Shown here: one piece after another, positions 23,001 to 31,720 of the stretch | Position numbering within the stretch: the first letter of the stretch is position 1 | How the letters are laid out: every line of letters begins with the position of its first letter | DNA from: Nemertoderma westbladi | Lineage: Eukaryota; Animalia; Xenacoelomorpha | Length of the DNA stretch: 64,000 nt | NCBI GenBank assembly: GCA_032718475.1 | Contig: JAUCBJ010002752.1 | Coordinates: 1-64,000 of the forward strand | Reading direction: 5' to 3' | Notes under the pieces: generated by a model | What the model saw: the letters and a program-made list of their open reading frames with translations, nothing else | The model's database searches: none | What the model was told of the DNA's origin: nothing | Made by a program: the position numbers and the translations under genes

Positions 23001-26000
23001 AAATACGGGAGGTGGTATACGATTTGAATTATTACCCGTTGCCATATTCTGATTACAGGATTGCCGTTAATCGTAGTATGTAACCAGAAACACCTTGTCT
23101 GCAGTCACCGGTACGGTAGGCCTAGCACCTAGGCCTATACAATCAGACGGTACAGATCAACTGGCACTGTCGTTTCGTAGGAATTATCAGTGAGGTTGAC
23201 AGGTTAAAATGTACCGGTACGGTACCGTAGGCTACCGTACAGAAGTTTCAGAATGCCAGAAATCCCTGCGAAAAATTGATTCTCACAATACCGATAGGCC
23301 TACCGGTAAATAATTAAGAAAGCGTCATCACGCCAGATCCGCCATCACGGAATTGAGGTTAAACGTTAAACGTCGAACTGGAGCGCCATCACGCCTGCGC
23401 CATCACGCAGAATTCAAATGTACCGTCAGACCGTAAAAACTTGCGCCGTCACGCCTGCGCCATCACGCATTTAAACCGTAATAAAGTGTAAGCTCTGCTA
23501 CCATTGTTAAATGTGAATAATAATCAGTTTGATCGAGTTATTATATTACAGTTTAACCAATATATATAGTCAGACAGTTGAATCCAGTTAGATATAGAAT
23601 CATGAACTGTAGCCTACTGATTACCGGTACGCGGTAACCATACTACCGTACCTATATCAGTAACCAACACATACCGTCATCCAGGTACTGTCTACAGTAT
23701 TAACACTATTTACCTGTTCTCCAACTCCCACTGGCACTTTTTTGCCCCATCTCTTTTTTACCCGCGCTATTCACCTGTTCTCCAACTGCCACTGGCACTT
23801 TTTTGCCCCATCTCGTTTTTACCCGCGCTATTTACCTGTTCTCCAACTGCCACTGGCACTTTTTTTGCCCCATCTCGTTTTTACCCGCGCTATTTACCTG
23901 TTCTCCAACTGCCACGGCACTTTTTTTGCCCCATTTCGTTTTTACCCGCGCTATTTACCTGTTCTCCAACTGCCACTGGCACTTTTTTTGCCCCATTTCG
24001 TTTTTACCCGCGCTACTTACCTGTTCTCCAACTGCCACTGGCACTTTTTTTGCCCCATCTCGTTTTTACCAGCGCTATTTACCTGTTCTCCAACTGCCAC
24101 TGGCACTTTTTTTGCCCCATTTCGTTTTTACCCGCACTATTTACCAATTATCCAGCACTTTTTTGCCCCATCACGTTTTTACCCGCGCTATTTACCTATT
24201 CTCCAACTGGCACATTTTTTTCCCCCATCTCTTTTTTACACGCGCTAATTACCTATTCTCCAACTGGCACTTTTTTTTACCCCATCTCGTTTTTAACCGC
24301 GCTATTTACCTATTCTCCAACTAGCACTTTTTTGCCCCATCTCGTTTTTACCCGCGCTATTTACCTGTTTTCCAACTGGCACTTTTTTTGCCCCATCTCG
24401 TTTTTACCCGCGCTATTTACCTATTCTCCTACTGGCACTTTTTTTGTCCCATATCGTTTTACCCGCGCTATTTACCTGTTCTCCAACTGGCACTTTTTTT
24501 GCTTCATCTCGATTTTACCCGCGCTATTTACCTATTCTCCAACTAGAGCTTTTTTGCCCCATCTCGTTTTTACCCGCGCTATTTACCTATTCTCCAACTG
24601 GCACTTTTTTTGCCCCATCTCGATTTTACCCGCGCTATTTACCTATTCTCCAACTGGCACTTTTTTGCCCCATCTCGTTTTACCCGCGCTCTTTACCTGT
24701 TCACCAACTGGCACTTTTTTGCTCCATCTCGATTTTACCCGCGCTATTTACCTATTCTCCACTGGCACTTTTTTTGCCCCATCTCGTTTTTACCCGCGCT
24801 ATTTACCTATTCTCCAACTGGCGCTTTTTTTGACCCATCTCGTTTTTACCCGCGCTATTTACCTGTTTTCCAACTGGCGCTTTTTTTGCCCCATCTCGTT
24901 TTTACCCGCGCTATTTACCTGTTTTCCAACTGGCGCTTTTTTTGCCCCATCTCGTTTTTACCCGCGCTATTTACCTGTTTTCCAACTGGCGCTTTTTTTG
25001 CCCCATCTCGTTTTTACCCGCGCTATTTACCTGTTTTCCAACTGGCGCTTTTTTTGCCCCATCTCGTTTTTACCAGCGTCCGTATCCTTAACTTCCTTTT
25101 CCGCCTCCTCCATTTCCTCTAATTGTTTTCGTTTCTCCGCCGTTTCTTTCTCTTTCTTTTCCTGAATAGATAATAATGTTTACCGAATTCCCGCCTTTTG
25201 TAAAACTACAATATTAATCAATATGAATGCCGGTTTATCATTCCCTATTCGAGAAACAAAACTAATTGAATCCAAAATTATATTCATCGAAAACATCAGA
25301 ATAATATATATACCGTGTATATTTAAATCAAATAGTTTAAGAAATAATTTAAGTAACAATAAAGTATGTATAAATGAAACTGGGAGGCACTTTTCTGTAG
25401 CAGAAAATAACTTTAAGGGTGAGGTACAAAGAAATTGTTTTTATATAGATTATAATACGGGATACGATTAAATGTAGTTACAAAAAACGATACCGCTATT
25501 CAATAGCTCTTTAAGTTTTCGAGATATCACAATTCCCATTTAGTAACACCTATTGAAATTACTACTATACTAATGAATATAATAACAAATCCATTCCCTA
25601 TTTCAACATTTTTTTTTTGAGAAATATATTTTTACAACTTTAAAACAGTAGGACACCACATACATTCTTTAAGCAATGGGTCTGAAACTTTCTGTGAGTC
25701 TGAAAATTTCCGTGGGATGACGTATAAGATGACGTTTTGAAAGTTTTTAATAAAATTTAATACTATTTCTAATAAACCTAAAAATTATCTGTCACAAATT
25801 TGCAGCACCACCTAGCGGCTCAGAATAATTTTTCCAAAAATTTGTCTGTAACTGTTGCCACAACCTTACTCTATCTTATAAAATAACTTTCAATTTCTGG
25901 AAGAGTCAAAACTATGAAATCTTAGGATTTCAAGTAGGTCCTACAACCATCGTTACCGGTACAGTATTAAATAGGCCTAGTGAAAATAAAAATATTCTCG

Positions 26001-27198
26001 TAAAACATGTTGAATAATAACTTATGCACATATAAACCAAATGGTGTTAAGAGTGAGGAATCGAACAGTTTGTCTGAAAATGTTGACACCCCCCCCCCCC
26101 CCCCCTCAACACGTCCTGTAACGAATTATTACATACACCTGGCAGCATAACGCGGTACGATACGGTTCACTAAACGTCGTGCGACCAAGAAGTCTCAGTA
26201 TCGTGTTATTAATTAACTTACACTTTGGTTTTTAAGGGCATTTAGCTTCTTTATATCATCACAAACTTTATCGTTCATTATCACTATAGCTTCTCTCGAT
26301 GTCTTACCCTTCATTGCAGCTCTGTCCTCAAACCTATTCTCGAATGCTTCGTCGAGAATGCGCTCGTCGCCCTGATAAAAACAAATAATATTGGATTGAA
26401 TAATGTACTCATTATTGCTTTAAATAGGAAATAAGTAAATACCCGGGATTCCTCAGTCTATGTTCTACTTAATATTCAAACCCCATAATTTTTATTGTTT
26501 AAAATTTTAATAATATCTTATATAATTTGCAGCAATGTAAGATTATTCTTAACTAATAATATTGAGTCAGTTTGTCCAAATTATCATCTTACAAAACTTT
26601 AGTTGTGTAGTGATGTATTGGCTACAAGATTACCTGGTACTCCAGGTATCCTTGGTTGTTGCCATGCCTACTGATAGAAAAGTGACGTTGCAAAAAATAT
26701 AATTATTATTATAATTGTTAATATCAACTCTCTAACCAGTAATCAAACACTAATCTCTAAATCAGTGCAGATTATTTCTATTTATACTATCTCTATCATA
26801 TGGGGTCCACGCCATTCATATAATTTTATTTAAATTAGAAATTACCTGGTCAGCTTCTGCAGCATCCTTATGTAACTCACGCGCATCTTTCCTAAGTTGC
26901 GCTATTTTCTCTTTATTTTTCTTAATCGTCCATTCCGCACTCTCATAATATGCTTTTCTATCGCCGTCTGTAATTCCATGCAAGTTAAAATTAATATATA
27001 GCGGGCAAATATATGAACCGGCGATTTAGTAACTTTTAGGTTACTACTAAATTAACCGACAAACTCTCAAGGAAGTTCGTAATTTATAACCAACACGGCA
27101 ACATAAATTATTTACTTACCCAATAAAGCAATTTTCCTTGTCAGCTCTGAAATCTGAGACGTCAGGCTTTGGTTAGAACCCGGTTTCCTAGGCGGCAT
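7867..27198 (-). CDS. CCDC151: Outer dynein arm docking complex subunit CCDC151/ODAD3, exons 1-8 (further exons presumably left of the window)
   Basis: Joining 27120-27198, 26846-26967, 26222-26371, 25031-25161, 16150-16255, 15374-15598, 8187-8333 and 7867-8027 gives all GT-AG introns in consistent phase. The protein has [73 protein letters not shown] and EEMKYTGE, which match CCDC151 blocks as I recall them ([43 protein letters not shown]). Confidence 0.88.
8187..8333 (-). CDS. CCDC151: CCDC151 exon 7
   Basis: ttttcag|AGA GCA ... ACT CAG|gtgggt; 147 nt; encodes RASVAADD...[11 protein letters not shown]. Confidence 0.85.
8403..15391 (-). repeat. About 7-kb array of a roughly 28-bp unit derived from the exon 6 / intron 6 junction
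   Basis: Minus-strand unit GGGGACACAGTGAGTGG(T/A)GGTTACAG|GT. The exon end is AGTGAGAGGAGGTTACAG|GTGGGT (17/18 match to proximal units). The array fills nearly all of intron 6. Confidence 0.95.
15374..15598 (-). CDS. CCDC151: CCDC151 exon 6
   Basis: cag|CTC GAT GAC ATG ... TTA CAG|gtgggt; 225 nt; coiled coil LDDMEQEIQELEEEL...HERSERRLQ. Confidence 0.87.
16150..16255 (-). CDS. CCDC151: CCDC151 exon 5
   Basis: ttcag|A TTG GAC AAA ... AAC AGA|gtaagt; encodes (R)[35 protein letters not shown]. Confidence 0.87.
16515..18248 (-). repeat. About 56-bp array derived from the exon 4 / intron 4 junction (distal block)
   Basis: Minus-strand unit GGTAAAAACGAGATGGGGCAAAAAAAGTGCCAGTTGGAGAA(C/T)AG|GTAAATAGCGCG; interrupted by the LTR element. 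Confidence 0.95.
18249..18449 (-). repeat. 3' LTR (201 bp)
   Basis: Identical by eye to 23505-23705. Confidence 0.95.
18451..18471 (-). other. Polypurine tract
   Basis: Minus strand AAAAAGGAAAGAAACGGAAGA directly before the 3' LTR. Confidence 0.8.
18630..23045 (-). CDS. Copia gag-pol polyprotein, 1471 aa, uninterrupted
   Basis: Two CX2CX4HX4C knuckles; protease ILDTAC; integrase H..H/CAEC, DLF, TDNGGEF, ERHN; RT KARLVVKGF, DIKTAFL, KAVYGL, HVDD, TRPDI; RNase H VDSSF, SAETFAL, QIADTLTK. Confidence 0.96.
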   Translation of the reverse strand: MATGNNSNRIPPPVFDPSGKNPNYRRWKKEILVWESITETSAAKQAATVILNLRGVAKDKALDLDVPALAVDGGLASLIRQLDETFLKEKEEDAYNNFVIFRNFCRNSNENVRDFVIKFESMVSNLKEFGLTFDDSILAAELIHKSNLSNSERKMILATAKLEFNDVKRHILRMMSDIGSGNSKLGTDESRFDSEELKTEIALEANFRNKKPSRFQSKSNLGTGTGRSFKPNSINTSKLPLPFTNSNVKGPNKNNRCRVCDSIYHFQRDCPHKSQCNVCESVLHTDDLCPHNESESDNEKMLIGCREDSGDNERNVYFLKHLFKNSVFLAKPTKKTNNFIRKTTDIYAILDTACTKTVSGTEWLETYKAIFNVNPSSRTTYSVYIFGGGEEKIAKQNYILDIPVNDITYKISVDVIEGSLPLLLSRPTMAKLQVMLDISANIATINGSAVQLVELISGHCAIPLIPGERLINTALITDTADKRADNGDNRIDSSETERGKLQNPKSQLQLSYKEILKLHKQFAHPSKQTLIKLIEQSGLFVGESYITFVDEVMKDCAECKIHGRRKPSNPIVSLPLGKTCNDIIGLDLFFMEELNYSHGKPVLHVVDLFSRYSMTMILPNKLSTSVQSALLDKWCSIFGPPNKSVFTDNGGEFVAISFTELCNKLNMTHDVTAPYSPFSNGITERHNGLIKDIYCRIKSDNQSYSDYKILTMATFVKNAWPNHNGFSPHQIMFGRGPNIGGVLTDNLCALDNSQSVSKSVIEHIALLNDVREQFAKSDASSRVRRALQRNIRPSNSEVVNGDAVYYYNTAGKWCGPAKVVAVKGSEILVGHGSRYIRCHRSKIKLHDSAKLGFGSEFKETEDTDMIVEDYSHSGSVGTSDPEELPAINKVKQVNPNGSTSESYSDDLNASSANYDDAMMPSMESTSIDNCEVMEEPILSEVSSKYPTRERKPPEFYGYFGEQRPTPLLDTEAAKEQELLNWLQNDVYTEVYEVPSKANIVQTRWVITEKDVEGIKFTKARLVVKGFQDKEDPISFSPTCDKTSIRTLLSMASLFKWDLWVIDIKTAFLQSNNFESDRVIYAVPPPEYINKLSTKSKEIKAANVFWKLNKAVYGLQDACRYWYHKLQEELFVLGNFQNQFDPALYTNYDEHDRLVGMIATHVDDLLIGGVNGLPKVREGIAHLLKVGKVRRIKDTWTKFLGVCIRQLDNGSYEISQEQYIEGIDFEVIDKDSELSCKSYFKSTLGKLMWVSTNTRPDIGFIVGSSSQINSPNADNIALLNKTVRKIKSEKVILKYYHPETADPPEAVRSTIPNLYIFVDSSFGNPSRLAIYIFWGHYLLYWASRCCRRVTKSTLSAETFALVEGVDMGRYIQMFMKSILRSDLIDCHFYSDHKGLVQDLYNGKIPIEKRLAIDFAFIKELVVDIKKLKWIPTKLQIADTLTKAKSQSVVLLKRILNDPFVMYELLENLTGHV
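23492..23503 (-). other. Primer-binding site complementary to the 3' end of initiator tRNA-Met
   Basis: Minus strand TGGTAGCAGAGC, 1 nt inside the 5' LTR. Confidence 0.88.
23505..23705 (-). repeat. 5' LTR (201 bp)
   Basis: TG...CA termini; identical by eye to 18249-18449. Confidence 0.95.
23706..25074 (-). repeat. About 56-bp array derived from the exon 4 / intron 4 junction (proximal block; the first unit overlaps exon 4)
   Basis: Period 56 (for example 24965 to 25021). The unit is the last 44 nt of exon 4 plus the first 12 nt of the intron. Confidence 0.95.
25031..25161 (-). CDS. CCDC151: CCDC151 exon 4
   Basis: ttcag|GAA AAG ... GAC GCT GGT AAA AAC GAG ATG GGG CAA AAA AAG CGC CAG TTG GAA AAC AG|gtaaat. 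Phase 2 matches exon 5 and yields the conserved [10 protein letters not shown]. Confidence 0.85.
26222..26371 (-). CDS. CCDC151: CCDC151 exon 3
   Basis: cag|GGC GAC GAG ... CAA AGT|gtaagt; encodes GDERILDEAF...KKLNALKNQS. Confidence 0.87.
26846..26967 (-). CDS. CCDC151: CCDC151 exon 2
   Basis: cag|AC GGC GAT AGA AAA ... GAC CAG|gtaat; encodes [20 protein letters not shown]. Confidence 0.9.
27120..27198 (-). CDS. CCDC151: CCDC151 exon 1 (coding part)
   Basis: ATG CCG CCT ... TTA TTG G|gtaagt; encodes [26 protein letters not shown]. Confidence 0.85.
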
Positions 27199-27363
27199 TA
27201 TTTAAAGACTGGGAGATAACAAAATAAAGGAAATATTTGCAAAATAATATTTAGAGTAATAAAATTTCCCACTCCATTTACTGATAAACGCCAATAATAG
27301 CAATAAGATTATCGATGCCAATTCAATAACATTCTACCATTGATTAGTGAATGCAATTACAAT

Positions 27364-27387
27364 TGTTTATGTCGGTTGCCAGGTAAC
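27364..27387. promoter_or_regulatory. RFX X-box with an adjacent forkhead (FOXJ1-type) site upstream of CCDC151
   Basis: GTTGCCAGGTAAC (27375-27387) fits GTNRCC-N0-3-RGYAAC; TGTTTAT at 27364-27370; about 180 bp upstream of the ATG of a motile-cilia gene. Confidence 0.7.
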
Positions 27388-28276
27388 CAGTGGAGCAGCA
27401 AGTAAAATAAATTTGACGGAAATAAAATATTATGGAAACTGGAAATCCGTATTTAGTTGTTTTATTCACAAGTCCGACGCTGTTAGTATTTTGTTGGTAT
27501 TGGTATAGGGTATAGTCAGATAATGACTGCCCAGTCAGCGGTATAACAAGAAACAACAGTGAGAAAAAATACCCTGGTATTATTATCATACTGTAACACC
27601 CTCCTACCCCATGCGAAAGATATAGTAATATTTATAAATTTTGAGTCAGGGTAGAAAACTAAATTTATGTTTATTTGTTGTATTTCTTTAAAGTATCGTT
27701 TAATAAAAACTAACTTCCCTCCTAGCATCAGATATCGGGGAGCTTTACAGCCATGTTCCCTTGACAACACCGCCCATGAAGTTCTGAGTGGTAGCCAAGG
27801 ATGTTTTACGTTACGTTACGTTACGGTATTACGTTACGTTACGGTTGAAAAACTGAACTTTTTACGTTACGATATAACATTACGGAATAATTTCCAAATT
27901 ACGTTACGTTACTGAATTCCGAAAAAAATAATTGCGTATTACCGAAAATACCGTAACGTAATAACCGGTTCAGATTCCATAGGACCACAAATAGATATTT
28001 AAAGTTTCATCCTAATTTTGTCTGAAAATCGGAAAATTATAGTTTCAATGTTTTGAAATTGCAAATTAACTTAACTTAAAAATAACTTTAAATTGGTAGA
28101 ACGGCTTGGCTTGTGTTGTAATAGATTGTCATAATAAGGCATTCAGGTAGCGGTAGCCCTGTAGGTAGGCCTACCATGTAACCTGTCCTGTAAATCTATG
28201 ATCTATACCATTGCAACATACTGCGTTGTTATAGGCTACAGCTAGGATAGAGCAGAGACTCAGTATAAATAGTTAA

Positions 28277-29105
28277 CCCTTTGTTGCACTTGTTGCTTTT
28301 AAGCAACTAACAGTTCTATTATCGGTCTTATCTCATAGAAAAACCATCAACCAACCATTACTGCACCTTGTAGCTTATAGTAGGATAATTAAATTATCCA
28401 ATAAAAACGAAGAGACTTGGGTGGGAGGTTTAAATTGTGTTGTAAGTTAACATTCAAAAATGCTGATAGGAAAATAGGGGAAAGATAGTTTATAGGTGTT
28501 TTTATGTCGGCTTTTTTTATTCCTGCGATAATTTCATGGTGCCAAAAAAAATACTAACGTATTTTCTTGTATATCCTGCACCTATTATATGTATTTTTGC
28601 AAATATACAGGTTCATTTGTAATTCTAAGGCACAAAATAAGCCGTGTTGCTTATAAGCAACAGGGTGCAGTAAAGGAAAGTAGTGGAAAATGGAACTGAA
28701 CTGTGCAATTAGGTTTTCCTTTTGTAAAAGCCTTATTGTTTGTCACTTCTAAGTAATTATTGATTGTTATAGAAAGACAGAGTTATTTAGAGCTAATTAA
28801 TGATTTAATTCGTTTAATAATTTAATAAGTGATTAGGCTAATTATTTAATTAGGTAATTAAAGATTAGATTAGAGAGACAGACAGACTGACAGATAGACA
28901 GAGAGAACGACAGACAGACAGACAGACTCACAGAGAGACAGACCGATGAACCATCAAGCATGCATACATATAGACAGACAGAGAGACTGACAGAGAGACA
29001 AACAGACGACAGATAGACAGACAGACAGCTGAACAGACAGAAATCGTCTGCAAATTAATTGGCTTGATTGTCTGATTAAAATCGTCAGCTCGGTGCAATA
29101 AAGGG
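28277..29105. mobile_element. piggyBac-like MITE nested in the hAT element
   Basis: TTAA|CCCTTTGTTGCAC ... GTGCAATAAAGGG|TTAA. Confidence 0.8.
28870..29040 (+). repeat. Degenerate (GACA/GAGA)n microsatellite
   Basis: Runs such as agagacagacagactgacagatagacag. Confidence 0.8.
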
Positions 29106-31720
29106 TTAAGTCAGTAGCCCTAGTTAGCCTAACATTAATTAAAACTTAGTGTTTAATTAAACTTAATTAAACTAATTAATTAATTATTAATTAAAACATC
29201 ATCAAAAATAACTGGAGAAGCCAGGAAGCTGGCTATAAGGATACCGCGTACAGACAAACAAAACCTAAAAGCATTTAGCTTTATATTGAATAGCTAGAAG
29301 ATTCAAGTGGAAGTTTTTTGTTGAAAGATTTACTTTTTTGTCCAAAATGATTGCTTGGTAGATAAAACAAATATTACGCTATTACGTTACGGTTTACGAT
29401 AAAAATATACAGTAATATTACGTTACGGTATTGAAAAAGCTATTACGTTACGGTTTACGTTACGGAAAAATATTGAGCTACGGTATTCCTGAAAAGATAC
29501 CGTAACGTAACGTAACTAACATCCTTGGTGGTAGCAATAAATTATTGTCGTGTATAATGTTAAAATCCTTATTATACAACATCGCGAAATTAAAATACCG
29601 GTGTTTCAGCCAATTCGAAATTATTGCAACACGAACAGCCGACACTCGCCTGGGAAAAGTGTATAAGAAGCTGCGAGTATCTGTATTGTTTTATAGCAGG
29701 AACTATAAACTTTGAGTGTCGGTTTCAATTCTTATCAAGAATCATATTATGAAATGCCATTATTGACTTTCATTGTGATACCCATTCTCACTCGATTATA
29801 TAAAATGCGAAACATTTCTTATAACAAAACAGTTTGAGGATAATAATAATACTACATTCTTAGACAATTTTCTTATTCCATACTTCCAATGGTATAAAAT
29901 CAATATAAAAATACAAATATTTCCAATACTAAATAATATAATTAAATCACGCATAAATACAAAAAAAACTAACGTATATAAAAGTAGGAACCAAGTCTAT
30001 CAACTTAACAGACATTCAAAATTGTATAAAAAAACATTACACCGCCTTTGGGTATATCTTTGCTTTAGGTACAGCTTTTATGCGGAAGCTTAAATAAAAC
30101 TTGAGGTCTAAAATTCAGAAATGGTGAGGGGATGGTGGTGGTTCTGGGGGGGGGGGGGGGGGGGGGGGGTCTTCGCAATCAAAATTCATCCCTCTCCAGG
30201 GGAAATCGACGCAAATAACAGCTGATTATTCTCAAAATAAAAGTGTAACCCATTCTTTGACTTTTGTTTATTGTTAGAATTTTTGTTGTTTATTTTATTG
30301 TTAGAATGATGTGCCACTGTAACCTGCTCCTTTCACTTAATTGATAATTTAACATTGAGTGAGTTAAGATATTAATTTGACGAGATGGGATTTGCGTGAA
30401 GCGCCCCCCCCCCCCCACCCCCCCCCCATGTCACTTAAAAAAAAGGCACATAAAATTCAAGAGCAGGCTCCTGAACGCTGCCGACATCTGCTACTGAATG
30501 AACTTGGCAGAACTAAATCAATAATATATGGGGCTAAATAAAGTAATTTAATATTTACTTAGTCTTGTAAATTACCACTTTATAAGACTACAGTGCGAAG
30601 CTTCGATGATAACTGTTAGTTAGTAGTCGTACAAAGTTCTATATCCCTGAATAAAAAATATGGATAATTTATTGGTATTATTCAATATATAAAAAGCAAA
30701 TCAACCATTTGCCGACCATTTCGAATCTAAAATTATTTATTACTGTAAAACAATTAAGACAACAAGGACACGTCGTTATAGAAATCAAACGGACTTGTTA
30801 ACTTATAACCAAAAATAAAACAGTGGGATGGAAGGGGCCAAACAATGTTGTATTACCTACCTGTGTTTATGGAATTTTATAAATTTGTGAATTTTAAATT
30901 AAAAATAAATAGTGTTAAGACTCAGTCTCCACGGCAATAGATACATTTTATCATTCGCGAAAACAATTGATTGTCAACTTGCTAAACATGGTAGAAGTAC
31001 AAATATTTCCATATTTACAACATTTTGTAGGAATAATTAATTAATTATAAAGTACTTAAGGAAAGTAAATAACGTAAGATAAAACAAAACATTATTAGAG
31101 TACCAATTTGACACACAGTAAGTCTTATAATATGAACAAAAGGCAATATATAGGTATCCCAACTCAGTTATCATACGTTTAAATATAAAATATCAGTCAC
31201 GTTATTTAATACGAAATATAAAGCAATGTGAAAATAAACCACTATGACTGAAAATCTTACAAAATGTCTAAATTAATTATAAATAAATATCAAATATGAC
31301 AGTTCGAAAATATGTTTGTTTTAATATTATGTACAATAAGTATTAAGTATGCGAAACAGGCATTATTTTCTAAACGTAATTTCTTGTCGAAATTATTTTT
31401 GGTTGACTGTTTATAATAAACAAAAAGTCATTTCACGGCGACGTCGTTTTTATTAGAAGCAAAAAAAAATAAAAATAGTAATGTATTTTTCTCGTTAATT
31501 ATTATAATTCCTCTTCAATGTCGAAGTTATTCCACCCCAATATCGTCTACGGCTACACCGGCATTGACTGGAGATGGAGAACCCCACCAACTGAACCAAA
31601 GAAGGTCAGACCTAATGAACAAACAGGTGGCGAACCGGTATCAGTACAGCCCATAACCCCCCCCCCCCCCCCCCACCCGAGGTTGCGTAAGTTAATGTTT
31701 AGCTTCTAGAAATTATAATT

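Larger units (their letters stand above)
18249..23705 (-). mobile_element. Full-length Ty1/copia LTR retrotransposon, probably GalEa clade
   Basis: 201-bp LTRs TGTTAA...TTAACA; 5-bp TSD CTATT (18244-18248, 23706-23710); PBS TGGTAGCAGAGC; PPT; single gag-pol ORF in copia order PR-IN-RT-RH; HVDD RT motif. Confidence 0.95.
27796..29527. mobile_element. Non-autonomous hAT-type DNA transposon
   Basis: TIR CAAGGATGTT...AACATCCTTG; perfect 8-bp TSD GTGGTAGC (27788-27795, 29528-29535); subterminal TTACG repeats. Confidence 0.88.

Noticed and set aside
8334-25030. Introns 4 and 6 created de novo by tandem duplication of an AG|GT site
   Set aside because: Both introns end in unique non-repeat sequence with their own acceptors, which favours expansion of pre-existing introns; orthologue intron positions would settle it.
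25072-25074. Earlier exon 4 donor G|GTAAAA at 25074
   Set aside because: Phase 1 is incompatible with exon 5 and would lose the conserved RQLENR; the donor at 25031 fits.
16444-25165. Long Phe/Leu-rich + strand ORFs (up to 576 aa)
   Set aside because: Open in all three frames because that strand of the 56-bp array lacks stops; antisense to the CCDC151 intron.
27344-27589. 81-aa ORF with a hydrophobic N-terminus
   Set aside because: Short, AT-rich, overlaps the CCDC151 promoter motifs, and has no recognisable domain.
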